From Hydrolagus colliei (lineage: Eukaryota), in assembly GCA_035084275.1 (NCBI GenBank), contig CM068769.1:434001-498000 (forward strand): DNA of 64,000 nt. The letters are read 5' to 3'. The translations under genes were made by a program, and so were the position numbers. The notes beneath the pieces are model-generated. The model made no database searches. It saw only the letters and a program-made list of their open reading frames with translations, and was not told the origin of the DNA. This document shows, piece by piece, positions 24,362-36,800 of the stretch. Each line of letters begins with the position of its first letter. The first letter of the stretch is position 1.

Positions 24362-24678
24362 AAAAATAAGGCGACTTTTTACATCTTATCGATGTCCCAA
24401 AGCGCTTCACAGAATATACTGTAAAGTGAATTGACTTATATTTGTGGGCGAATCGCGGCAGCCAATTGCGCACAGCAGTGTCCCACACACAGTCGTGGAT
24501 TGAAATGACCGATTTTATTATTGTGTTTTTTTTGAGGGATTATTATTAGGCGTGTGTGCGGAGCAAGGAAACTTGCTCAAGGTTTCGCCCTGACCTGTCT
24601 GGATTCGAACACAGGTCTCCCCATCTTGGTCTCCCCACCTTGCAAGATAAGTGCTCTAACCACTGAGCCATAGGAGCT
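24362..24678 (-). mobile_element. tRNA-derived SINE
   Basis: Close match to the copy at 16968-17322. Confidence 0.8.
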
Positions 24679-26379
24679 TCATTATGTATTATTGTGATTA
24701 TTATATAATAAAATAATCCTTGCAGATTGTCCAGACTGAAAGCGCTCTGAGACGCCGTCTGGCGTGGAGGACACTATATATATCGAAGTTGTTGTAGACT
24801 GTGTCCCAAAGCGCTTCACGGAATATACTGTCAGGTGAGTTGACGGTATATTTGTGGATGGCAAAAACATATTGTTGTTATTCATTGTTCATTATTATTG
24901 TTGTGGTATCATTATTAGAAACCAGAGACTGCGGTACACTCCCGGCAGCTCAGGGCAACACCTTCAGCACGCTTCCTTACCACACACACACACACGTACA
25001 GACTTACTCACACACACTCAATCACACACATACAGACGCACACACACATACACACTCACTCACACACACATACGTTCATACACACACACACACTCACACA
25101 CAGACACACACACTCACATTCACACACACACAGACACACACGTCTGATAATAATCCCTCAAAATAAAACACCAACAACCTCAGGAAAGCAGACAGTGTCG
25201 TGGCCGAGAATGCCACAGATACAATTGTGTGTTGAGAGCCGTGGCTGTCTGCAGGACGTTGCTGTACAGATCAGCTGTCGTGTCAAACACAAACACAAAG
25301 ACCACGGCAGTAAATGGGCTACTCACATCACGTCTGTCCAGATCACGCAGGAATTGGTTCTTCTGGACTGGCTCTTCCTCGTGCACTGAAACGCCCCCCT
25401 CCCTGGCAGGACAAAGAGATACACCGTGTGTGTGAGAGCGAGAGAGAGAGAGAGAGGGAGAGAGAGAGAGAGACCGCCCTTACGTTCACAAACCTACAGC
25501 TGCATCATCTCACCCACCTGCCCGCTCCCCACCTCCGCTCAGTGGGCTCTGGCTGCTCCACCAGGCCCAGTCCGTCCCACCATCAACGCTCGGGCTTTCC
25601 TCCTCTCTGCCCCCACCCTCTGGAACTCCATCCAGCAGTCCCCTCTCCCCCCCTCCCTCCTTCCCTCCCTCATCTCCTTCAAAGCTCGACTCCAGACCCT
25701 CGACGTGGCAGGTGATTTACCAGTGTATGTTGTTGTTGTTGTTGTTTCTTTGCATTAGCTTTCTATTCCTGTCACTGATCCCCACCCACCCACCCACCCA
25801 CACACACACACACAGAGAAGTGTGAGATGTGCCCACAGGGCTTACCATGTCACCGTGGGCTCTGTCTGCCTCCCCTCGTATAACACTCCCTCCTGCTTCA
25901 GACTGTTCAGACTTCCTGAAACACATACACCAGTTACCACAGGTCAGGGTTACACACACAGTAAAGCCCCCTCTACACTGTGTGTCTGTCCGTCCACACT
26001 CCCAGCTCAGGGTTAGAGACACAGAAAAGCTCCCTCTACACTGTGTGTCCACACTCCCAGGTCAGGGTTAGAGGTGAGAGGGCTCCAGGCTGAGCTGTAC
26101 CTCTGAGGTCCAGGAGAATGAGGCGAGGTGTGTACGTGTTGTGGCCAAGCCGGGGTCTGTCCCTCTCGGAATAGAACATGGCGACTGATCTCACACTGAG
26201 GGTCTTCAGCTGCTCCTCACAGCCCAGGTCAGAGTCCTGCACACGAGACACACACACAGTGTTCACTGCTCTGTCCATGTCACCAACACCTCCCCCCCTC
26301 ACTGCCCAACTCCCGGCCAGCTCCCCTCCCCACCCACAACACTGCATAACACACACCCCTCCCCGCAACACCTTCCTCC

Positions 26380-27050
26380 CCCTCCCCGCCCATCACCATC
26401 TTCCTCCCCCTCCCCGCCCATCACCATCTTCCTCCCCCTCCCCGCCCATCACCATCTTCCTCCCCTCCCCGCCCATCACCATCTTCCTCCCCCTCCCCGC
26501 CCTTCACCATCTTCCTCCCCCTCCCATCATCACCTTCCTCCCTCTCCCCCCCCTCATCACCTCCCTCCCCCTCCCCCCTCATCACCTTCCTCCCCCTCCC
26601 CCCTCATCACCTTCCTCCCCCTCCCCCCTCATCACCTTCCTCCCCCTCCCCCCCCCTCATCACCTTCCTCCCCCTCCCCCCTCATCACCTTCCTCCCCCT
26701 CCCCCCCTCCCCCCTCATCACCTTCCTCCCCCACCCCGCTTCATCACCTTCCTCCCCCCCACCCATCACCACCTTCCTCCCCCTCCCCCCTCATCACCTT
26801 CCCTCCCCTCCCCCGCTCATCACCTTCCTCCCCCTCCCCCTCTCACCACCTTCCTCCCCCTCCCCCCTCATCACCTTCCTCTTCAGCTTCCTCCCCCCCC
26901 CCCCGCTTCACCTTCCTCCCCAACATCACCTTCCTCCCCCTCCCCACCCATCACCACCTTCCTCCCCCTCCCACCTGATCACCTTCCTCCCCCTCCCTCA
27001 TCACCACCTTCCTCCCCCTCATCACTTTCCTCCCCCTCCCCACCTTCCCC
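26380..27050. repeat. C-rich minisatellite (CATCACCTTCCTCCCCCTCCCC) in MSTO1 intron 1
   Basis: Tandem units of about 22-26 bp. They produce the spurious Pro-rich ORFs in the track. Confidence 0.9.
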
Positions 27051-27168
27051 TTCATTTTCCTCCCGCTCCCCCACAGCCTCTGACCTGAATGTTCCACCAA
27101 TGGGAGCCCACGAAGTTGCTGCAATGGCCGAGCTGCAGAGTCAGCAGCTCCCGCCACACACTGACCAT

Positions 27169-27520
27169 GGCGGCCACACCTCCCCCTCCCCCCCCCCCTC
27201 CCCCGCTCTCTCCCTCAGCCCCTCCCCTCCCTCTCTCTCTCTCTCTTCCAACCGCCGCTTCCAACCGTCACCCCGCTGCGCGCGCTCCAGCCTCACTGAC
27301 TCCCGCCTCCCACCCCCCCTTTGACTCTGATTGGTTGAAAATCCCACGGCGGAGATCCCTTCACTTCCCACATCCTGATTGGTGGTCATCGCCGTGTGTC
27401 ACTCACCTCCCTCACCCCCTCCCCCTTATCCCCGCCCACTCAAGTCCGTCACTGTGTGGCGAGCGCAGCCCGGCGTTGCCCCCGCCCACTCAGCTAACGT
27501 GAGAGTGGGCGGGGTCAGGT
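27169..27520 (-). promoter_or_regulatory. CpG-rich MSTO1 promoter
   Basis: CCAAT boxes (plus-strand ATTGG at 27330 and 27378), GC boxes at about 27431, 27481 and 27507, and a Kozak context GCCGCCATGG at the MSTO1 start. Confidence 0.7.
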
Positions 27521-27529
27521 TCCCCAGCT

Positions 27530-28336
27530 GCACCAGAGAGAGAGACTGAGACACAGAGAGAGAAAGAGAGAGAGAAACAGAGAGAGACTGAGACAGAGAG
27601 ATAGACACAGAGAGAGAGAGAGACTGAGACACAGAGAGAGAGAGACTGAGACACAGAAGAGAGGAGAAGAGAGAGACTGAGACACAGAGAGAGAGAGACT
27701 GAGACACAGAGAGAGAGAGACTGAGACACAGAGAGAGAGACTAAGACACAGAGAGAGAGAGAAGGGAGAGACTGAGACAGAGAGAGAGACTGAGACACAG
27801 AGAGAGAGACTGAGACACAGAGAGAGAGAGAGACTGAGACACAGAGAGAGACCGAGATACAGAGAGAGACTGAGACACAGAGAGAGTGACTGAGACACAG
27901 AGAGAGAGAGACTGAGACACAGAGAGAGAGAGGGAGAGAGACTGAGACACAGAGAGAGACTGAGATACAGAGACTGGGAGATACAGAGAGAGACTGAGAC
28001 ACAGAGAGAGAGACTGAGATAGAGAGAGAGAGAGACTGAGACACAGAGAGAGAGACTGAGACACAGAGAGAGACTGAGACACAGAGAGAGAGTGACTGAG
28101 ACATAGAGAGAGAGAGAGACTGAGACACAGAGAGAGACTGAGATACAGAGAGAGACTGGGAGATACAGAGAGAGACTGAGACACAGAGAGAGAGACTGAT
28201 ATACAGAGAGAGAGAGACTGAGACACAGAGAGACTGAGACACAGAGAGAGACTGAGACACAGAGAGAGAGACTGAGACACAGAGAGAGACTGAGACACAG
28301 AGAGAGAGTGACTGAGACACAGAGAGAGAGACTGAG

Positions 28337-28367
<31 letters not shown>

Positions 28368-28370
28368 CTG
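27530..28370. repeat. GAGACTGAGACACA(GA)n minisatellite
   Basis: Dozens of tandem units directly upstream of the MSTO1 promoter. Confidence 0.9.
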
Positions 28371-29179
28371 GATATTGAGAGTGAGCCCAGGGCTACTGTG
28401 TTTACCTTAGGATAGAGTGAGTTAAATCAATATTCTGTGACTTGCGGGTTCGTAAGATACAGACAATGTCTGNNNNNNNNNNNNNNNNNNNNNNNNNNNN
28501 NNNNNNNNNNNNNNNNNNNNNNNNNNNNNNNNNNNNNNNNNNNNNNNNNNNNNNNNNNNNNNNNNNNNNNNNNNNNNNNNNNNNNNNNNNNNNNNNNNNN
28601 NNNNNNNNNNNTGTCTTGAGTGTGAGAGTGTGAGTCTGAGTATGTGTGAGTGTGTGCGTGAGTGTGAGAGAGACTAACCTGAGGGGAAGAGATGGAATGA
28701 GCAGTGTCAGTCGCTCTCTCCGAACTCAAAAGCGCTTACTAAAATGGCGGATGTTTCGCTCCAGTGTGTACTACACCGAATCGTATGTGTTTGTGTCAGA
28801 GTGAGCGATCTTGGTCGTCTACCATCTTTGGTGTGCAGACACTCCACCCTCAGTCAGGCTCCGTTTAACGTTGGTTGGCCTCTGGGTCCCGCCACCAGTG
28901 TTCAATCAGCCACACCCTGCCCCAGGTGTGACCTCCTCAGGTGGTCTCTCTCTCTCTCCTGGATTCCGAGCCAGTCAGGACCTCCTCCCCACATGACATG
29001 AAAAGCGCTAGACAAATGTCATTATGTTGTTGTATATCCAGGGCACATCTCTCTCTCTCTCTCTCTCTGTCTCTCGCTGCTGATAACAGCACAGCCCCAG
29101 CCCTGGCTCATCACCAGGAGACCTGGGAGTGCAGCCCAGTGACTGGGGGGCAGGGGATCCTGTTAACATTACGCGAAAC

Positions 29180-29650
29180 AACAACAACAACAAAATTGCA
29201 CTTATAGAGCGCCATTCATGTAGGGAGGACGTCCCAAAGCCCTGAACAGTCTGGTCGGGACCTGAGCCGGGGTTGGGGGGGTGGGGTGGGGGAGGGTTGA
29301 GGTAGGGGAAAGGGGAAGGAGAGTGGGAGAGGGGGAAGAGTTAGTGGGGAAGCCAAAGGCGCGATCGAAGACGAAGGTCTTGAGACCGGCCTGGAAGGAG
29401 GAAAGGGAGGAAGCGAGGGGGAGGGGCTGCGGGATGGAGTTCCACAGTGTGGGAGCAAAGAGGCTGAAAACCCGGCCGCCGATGGATGGGCGGTTAGGCC
29501 GGTGTACGCAGAGCAGGCCTGAGTCCGCTGAGGGGGAGTGGGCTGGCGGCTGACAGGGGAGACAGTCGGTCAGAGAGACAGGCAGGGCAAGGCCGTGAAT
29601 GGCCTTGAAATTGAGGACAAGGATCTAGAATTCGATCCTGTGAGTGATGG
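29180..29650 (-). mobile_element. L2 LINE 3' fragment
   Basis: The reverse complement has HRIEF.ILV and GGRVFSL..PTLWNSIP motifs and a (GTT)n tail near 29180. Confidence 0.75.
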
Positions 29651-30882
29651 GAGCCAGTGGAGACGAGCGAGGGTGGGAGTGAGGTAGGGAGTGAGAGCAC
29701 CAATGGATAATAATAATAATTGCATTTAGTGCAATTTCACATCCGGCGAGTGTTCCAAAGCACTTCACAGGATACAGTGTCAGGTGTGTTGGTAAACGAT
29801 TGTAGGATGAGTGGGAGCCATAACTATATCTGATGCTTTGTAGTTTCAAAGTGTAGTCTCAATATGTTGTCTCATAAGTGTAGACATAAGACGTCCCCCC
29901 GACGTGATAGACAGTCTAGGAATGTCTTGTTGGAGTTAGTGCTCACTGCCCAGGTAACTACAACAGTGGCAATGTGTGAACAGCATTTCCACAGCAGCGT
30001 TCACATCTGGAGGGCCTCCCAAAGGCCTGGGCAGTCAAGGTTTGAGTCTCAGTTGGAGGTTGGATTCAGAAGTGGTGTGGAGGGTGGGGGGGGTCAGACA
30101 TGAAAAAGTCATGAGACAGATCTCTGAAACAGGCCTCTTTCGTCACTTGAGAGTTTTTGCCATTTTTTAATACGCAACGGTAAGTGGCCAGTGCCAGGAC
30201 ACGCGAAGGGGAGGAAGGACTCGCTTTCTGTCCCTTCTCTCTTTCTTTTGTCACATCTTTAACACTCACTGCTGCCTTATCAACATTCACAACATTTTCG
30301 TATTCACTCTGACACATACATATTTTTCATTTACCTTTCTTGCTCATTCGGAAAATGAGGGTTGGTATGGTTTCCATTGAAACAAACTGCAGCCTTGACA
30401 CCCGCTCACATCCTCCTGACATGAGAGGCACGATACAAATATAATTTGCTGTTGTTGAGAAGAGAACCACTTGCACTTGTATAGAGTCCTCCACGCAGCG
30501 TCTCAGAGGGCTTGAAACATGACCAGTGTGAAAGAGACGCTGAGATATCAGGCACTGCGTTTACTGCAGACCAGTAGTTACCCGGTTGCTGATGTTGAGA
30601 TCCATTAAAGAGTGAACATAGCGTTCATTGCAGTCTGTAAGGTAGAGACGGCTCTCCCAGCCCAGGCCAGACTTCACAAGGTTACATTACATCTCATGTC
30701 AGGCTGGTAGTGAGTGACTGCTGATTGGGTGAGCCAGGCAGTGATCAGCGTTGGCCTCTGTGGCTGGTGGAGCAGAATGCCGACTGATGGCCGGGCAAAC
30801 GTGGCCAAATCCTGGGCCCATTGCTCAAGTTGACAAGAGAGAAACAGAGAATGCAGCAAACGGACAGGTTCTGCTCCAGGGC

Positions 30883-33800
30883 TCAGAGGAAGCTGCAGAC
30901 TCGATCCATCATTCCTGGATTGTAGTTACACAAGAAAAGCAGCTCCTGTTTCCCCTCCTCTGTGTGAGCTGTGGGCGCGAGGAAAGGCAGTCAGAGAATT
31001 AGTCTGTGAGGAGGCGGAATGAATCCCAACAATCCCAGCTATCTGCACTGTACAATAGTATTACACAAGGCTTCTCTGATTGTGGTTTTCAAAGTTCGGA
31101 GAGACTTTGGATCAAGTAAATGGGGGGGAAAGTACTGACTGGTGTCAAAAGGACTAGAGACAAGGAGTAAATAACTTTGTCCCCCAACCCCACACTAATC
31201 CCTCCCTCCGTACCTTTCTCATGCTGGATCCACTTGCGTTCCACATAGTACTGATAGCAGCTTTCAAACTCCTTCTCACTGTAATTCCCAACTTCAATTG
31301 GAACAAAAGGGTCCAAAGTATCAAAGCCTTCCTGCAGAGGTTACAGTGTGTTGCGGGGAGAGAAAGGAGAGAGATACAGGGGAACAGTGTCAATCATGAG
31401 CAGAAGATGCAACAGAAACAAAATACATGTGCAGTGTGTTTCATGTCCGGAGGACATCTCAAGACGCTGAAGTTAGTGTATGGTCCCAAACCGGATGGCA
31501 GGGAGGGTGACCAAAGTCAGAGTCAAAGAGGAGGGTCTTGAGACGTATCTTGAGGGAGGCGAGGCAGAGGAACTGTGGGATGGAGGGAGGCGAGGCAGAG
31601 CAACTGGGGGATGGAGGGAGTGAGGCAGAGGGATTGTGGGATGGAGGGAATGAGGCAGAGGAACTATGGTATGTAGGTGATGAGGCAGAGGGCCTCCAGG
31701 ATGGAGTTCCAAAGTGTAGGGCGCAGGGATGGAACTGTGCCAAGCGATGAAGAACAGGGACCTGATGAGATGTAGCGCAGTGATGAGATGTAACAACATT
31801 GCCAGGCTCCGCAACTATCTTACCCCCCGCGCTGCCGAAACACTCGTGCACGCATACATCACCTCACGGCTGGACTACGGAAACTCTCCTCGTCGGCCTC
31901 CCCAGTTCCTCCATTCATAGGCTGCAGGTCATCCAAAACTCTGCAGCCCGTGTACTATCCTGCACTCGTCTCCGCGTCCACATAACCCCCACCCTCGCCC
32001 GTCTCCACTGGCTCCCCATCCTCCAGAGGATCGAGTTCAAGATCCTCGTCCTCACCTACAAGGCCTTACACGGCCTTGCCCCCCCTATTTAACCGATGTA
32101 CTTTCCACCTACACGCCCACCCGGACCCTCCGTTCAACAGGACTTGGCCTGCTCCAAGCCCCCCGCCCGAACCGCCCCACCATCGGAGGCCGGGCCTTCA
32201 GTTTCTCCGCTCCCACCCTATGGAATGCCATCCCTCAATCCCTCCGTTTCGTTTCTTCCCTTTCCTCTTTCAAGGCCGGTTTGAAGACTTTCCTCTTCGA
32301 TCGTGCCTTTTGTTCCACCCCGAACTCTTTTACCTCCCCTTCGTGTTTCACCCCTTCCCAAACACTCCCCTCCCAGCTCGGGTCACACGCTTCATGTGCA
32401 GCGCCTTGGGATGTCCTCCCGACGTGAAAGGCGCTCTATAAATGTAATTTGTTGTTGTTGTGTTGTGACTGGCTCCATGGCAGTACTGATTCCCGATGTG
32501 TGAAAGCGGCTGGATTTGCAACAACGACCCTTAGGCCTCCCTCTGCGAGTGAGTAGCTGGGCTCTCAGGGAGGTTTGGGAGGAGCTTCAGTCAATCCGGG
32601 CACAGAATGCTCACCTTTCTAAGCAGATGGTGGGGTAGATGAGACAAGTGGGAGGAACCCAATGCCCCAGTCTTGGTCAGTGTCATCACCACAGCTCCAG
32701 CACACTGCAGCAGGTAACACACGGGTTAGAATAGAATAATAAGCCTTACATTTGACGCACCACATTATCACTTTCAAACGTCTCAATGCGCTTCACAGTA
32801 AAGTGATTTGACTGTATGTTTTATGTGCAGACACTAGGGTCCGTCGATTTGGAAATTTTCCGATTAAATATATCGATGGGCTCATATCGAGATATACCGA
32901 AATATCGATATTTTCGGGTTTTTCGTACTGCGCATTCCGGGTGCGCACGCATTTGCGGCCGATCTCCTCAGGACGTAAATATCTTTCTCTCTCTGTGTGT
33001 CTCACTCTCTTCATCTCTGTGTTTTTCTGTCTTTGTGTCTCTCTCCCTCTCTCCTCTCTCACATTCCCCCCCATCTCTATCTATCTGTATATTATCACAT
33101 CCACCCCGTCTCTACCCCGCCCCCGCCGTCCCTCTCTCGCACCCCCCACCCCCGTCGTCTCTCTCCCCCACCATCCCCCAGCCGTCTCTTTCTCCCTCCC
33201 CCCCACACCGTCTCTCTCCCTCCCCCCCCCAGCCGACTCTCTCCCCCACCAGCCGTCTCTCTCCCCTGAGCCGTCTCTCTCCCCCTTCCCCGAGCCGTCT
33301 CTCTCCCCCTTCCCCCAGCCGTCTCTCTCCCCCACTCCCCAGCCATCTCTCTCCCCCTCCCCCCAGCCGTCTCTCTCCCCCTCCCACCAGTCGTCTATCT
33401 CCCCCTCTCCCCCTCCTCCAGCCGTCTCTCTCCCCCTCAACCGCCACCCCCAGCTGTCTCTCCCCCCGCCCCTCCCCACCGCTTGCATACCTGTATATTG
33501 TATTCGAGGACTATGAATACAATTTGGCGGCTTTGCACCTCGTCTGTGCATTGTGTATAGAGATGAGCATTCTGGGTCTTGTAGTTCAGTGTGCTCGCAT
33601 CCGGATTGTTTACCTCGATATATCGATGTTGCGATATATCGATATTTTAAAAATGTTTACATCGGCATATCGATTTGAAAATTATATCGGGTTTTAGCGA
33701 TATATCGATACATCGCCGGACCCTAGCAGACACACAATGCGCCAAAATGATGTGGACACATGCATACCTACATGCGTACATACACACCACACACACATAT

Positions 33801-36800
33801 TCACGTACACACACAGAGCATTGGTGCAGGGAGTGTGTGGTGCTGTAGGGAGAGGCTACTCTCTCAGACTCTCACCCAGTCATTGTTCACCAGCTTCTTC
33901 AAATTGTGCATCAGAGTCAGCTCGTGTGGAAATATCTGTGAAAAGAGAGCATCCTGAAACTGGGGAAGGGGGGGAAGGCCATCAGAGAGCATTCAGAGGT
34001 TCAGGATGGAGTGGCTGCCACTGATGGTGGAATTTAGAGCACGAGGGACAAGTCAGATGAGTGGACGTAGTGGGTTGGGTGAGTAAGCAGGTCGAAGAGG
34101 TGGAGAGATGCTAGGGCATGAAAAGATTTCAAAATGAGGGAGATGATCTTGAAATAGATCCGTTTGATGATAGAGTTTAGTGTGTAATAGGGACGCAGGG
34201 GAGCCTGGCGAGGGCTGGGGTGATGGAGAGGGAGAGAGTTTAGGAGCCGGGGGAGCCAGGCGAAGGCTGGAACAAGAATGGGAATCAGGAATGTGAGGCA
34301 ATACCTGGCTCCTATCCTCCTTCCTCATGGTGGTGGGTCCCCAGAGGGCATTGGCCCCGTCGATGGCCACCAGCAGGCGGTAGGTGTCTGGCGAACTCTG
34401 TCCCTTCAGCTCCTTGAACAGGACTCCGACTGCATCACTCGCACTCTTTACCCTCGTCAGTCCCTGCAGGGAGAAGTCAGCTCAACCACAACACACGCAG
34501 ACACACAAACAATAACTCAATCATCTCACCCTCCTGGCACCAGTGAAGGCATCTACGAATGCACTTTATCTGACACTAAGAACATCAAAACATCTCAAAC
34601 TGCGTTCAAGGGAATTGCTGTCATCAGGGGGACTTTTCTTTTGAAATAAGCGAATGCAGCAACCCGCTGTGAGTTGAATGAGCAATTTATTTAGGGGATT
34701 TTCAGTCAGGATACACAGAGAGAGAGAGAGAGAGAGAAACACCCTTCTATTTACTGACAGCACCTTGCGAGATCATTTAACGTCTGACAGGGAGCGAGGT
34801 GTAACATCTCATCTAAAGGACCAAGCCTCCCCCAATAAGGCTCTCTCTCCCACCAGCGTCAGCCTAGACTCCCCATGCGGTTCGGATGATTCAGTGTGAA
34901 ACCCCTCATCCAGTTACCTGTTCCACCACTTCACCGAGCGGCCTCCCCTCCTCCGTTGCCTCCCGCTTGCTCCAGATGTACCTTTGCCGGGTTTTTATCT
35001 GTTCAGATAAAACTTGAATTAGATGTTGCTTCAGTTGCTTCAACGAGATGTTCAATCGTGGAGAAGTTATTAATTCCCTGTTAATTTAGAAGCTGTTGTA
35101 AAATGATAAGAATGGATACGAAGGACGTCCCACCAATCCGGAGTCCTGAAACAGGCCTAAAAGGAGTCAGGAGACTGTGGGCTGGAGGTGTGACACGTAG
35201 GGTCATGGCTACTGGACAAAAACTATTTTGTTATTACCTCCTTTAAGAAGCGCTCATTTGTAATCTTGAAATTCTTGAGCCAGACGGAGGCCTCAATGGG
35301 CTGGTCAAATCGAGCTGGATTGTAGGCCGACTGGAGCAGCTCTTTACGGCTTTTCACCCATATGTAAGCTGTCACATGGGGAAAAATACAAGACAATTAC
35401 TGATACTGAGCCTCACCCTTGTTTTCAAATCCTTCCACTCCTCTGCAACCCCCTACCTCTCTAACCTCCTCTCTCCTCAAAGCAGCTCCCATTGACTTCT
35501 CTCCACTGGGTCTGGCCTCCTCCATGTCCCCGAATTGTCCACTCTACCCTCGGTGGCCGTGCCTTAAGCCACTATGCCCCAAAGCTCTGGAATTCCCTTC
35601 GTCAGTACCGTCGCCTCGTCCCCTCTTTTCTCAGTTTCAGGTCCCAGCTGAAGACCTTTCTCTTCGACCGCGCCTTTGGTCACCTTTCTACCCCTACTCC
35701 TGGCTCGGTCCTGGGATCCACTATTGTGAAGCGCTCTTAGACGCCGTCCAGCATAGAGGGCACTGTATAAATCAAAGTTGTTGTGGCTGTTGCTCAGCTA
35801 CACAAACAGTAGCAATCTCATGAGTCCCCCATCAATCCATATCGATGGTTTTAGCTGGTGTAGAGTTATAGAGCTTAGACATACAGCCAGCAAATCTCAT
35901 CAACTTGGAAAAAAGATGGAGCCAAGGACAACTTCCTTGTCTGACATTGTTGTTCGTGCTACCAGAGACACACACAGCTTTATAGCACCAGTGGGTGGCC
36001 GTGTACAGCAACATACGCCCATTCTCAATCATGTCCTGAAACACCAAGAGTAATGACTGCCCTCGCGCCCACCAGCCCAAACCCTCTCCCCATTGCTGCC
36101 ATCCTCTGGACAACGACACAAATCCAATCCAATAACATTGGCTGTAACTCACCATCTGGGACATGGAGAATAAGCCAGTCCTGCTTGGAACAGTAATGAA
36201 CAGTGTTGCAGAGTGTGAGTGTTTTCCCACAGCCTCTCTCACCATCTGAAAGCCGAGAGGTCAAGGAAAGGACCTGGGACATTGAGCTACATTGATGGAT
36301 TCCACCTTACACAGCGTTCCGTGTGGAGTAAGGAAATGCTTTGCCGGGAATCGCACACAGTTTGGAAGTGAAAAGGATACAGATGAGGTAGCGGATGGCA
36401 GGGTACGAAAAATTGGTCGCTTTCAAATAACTGACGAGCTCCAGTGCTGGCTGCCTGACCATCAAACATGCCTCTCCAAACGTCTTCACCTGCAACACAA
36501 CAGAGAGAATCACATACCTCCTTCACGCCTGTCTGAAGCAGAGAGAAGCAAGCACACACTGAGACATAGAAGGCACGTTATATCAGATACACCAGCAGTG
36601 TGAAATAGGGAGACGCACACACACACACAGGAGTGAGACAGAGAAAGGTGTGTATGGTAAAACAGAGAAGCGTTTACAGCGAGAGACAAGAGAGGATAGT
36701 CACAGAGAGACAGATAGGATACACACAGCATCAGATACCTGCCTCAGTAACAGTCTAAAACAGAGACACACACACACCAACAACAACAACAATAAATTAC

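Larger units (their letters stand above)
21455..27168 (-). pseudogene. MSTO1: Misato homolog (MSTO1), exons 1-8 only, disrupted as assembled
   Basis: Exons: 27168-27085 (MVSVWRELLTLQLGHCSNFVGSHWWNIQ), 26236-26101, 25915-25846, 25402-25327, 23573-23519, 23177-23042 (VWSDYLRVHLHPK), 22637-22524 (EDRLHFYVEECDYLQ) and 21589-21455 ([12 protein letters not shown]). All have GT-AG sites. Exon 7 is frameshifted with a stop, and exons 9 onward were not found. The identity is secure, but pseudogene status versus assembly error is not. Confidence 0.85.

Noticed and set aside
25180-25275. Alternative candidate for MSTO1 exon 5
   Set aside because: It has the wrong end phase and a weak donor. The 55-nt exon at 23573-23519 has the correct phases and a gtgagt donor.
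27426-28342. Ser/Leu/Val ORFs of 200-276 aa
   Set aside because: They are translations of the GAGACTGAGACACA repeat.
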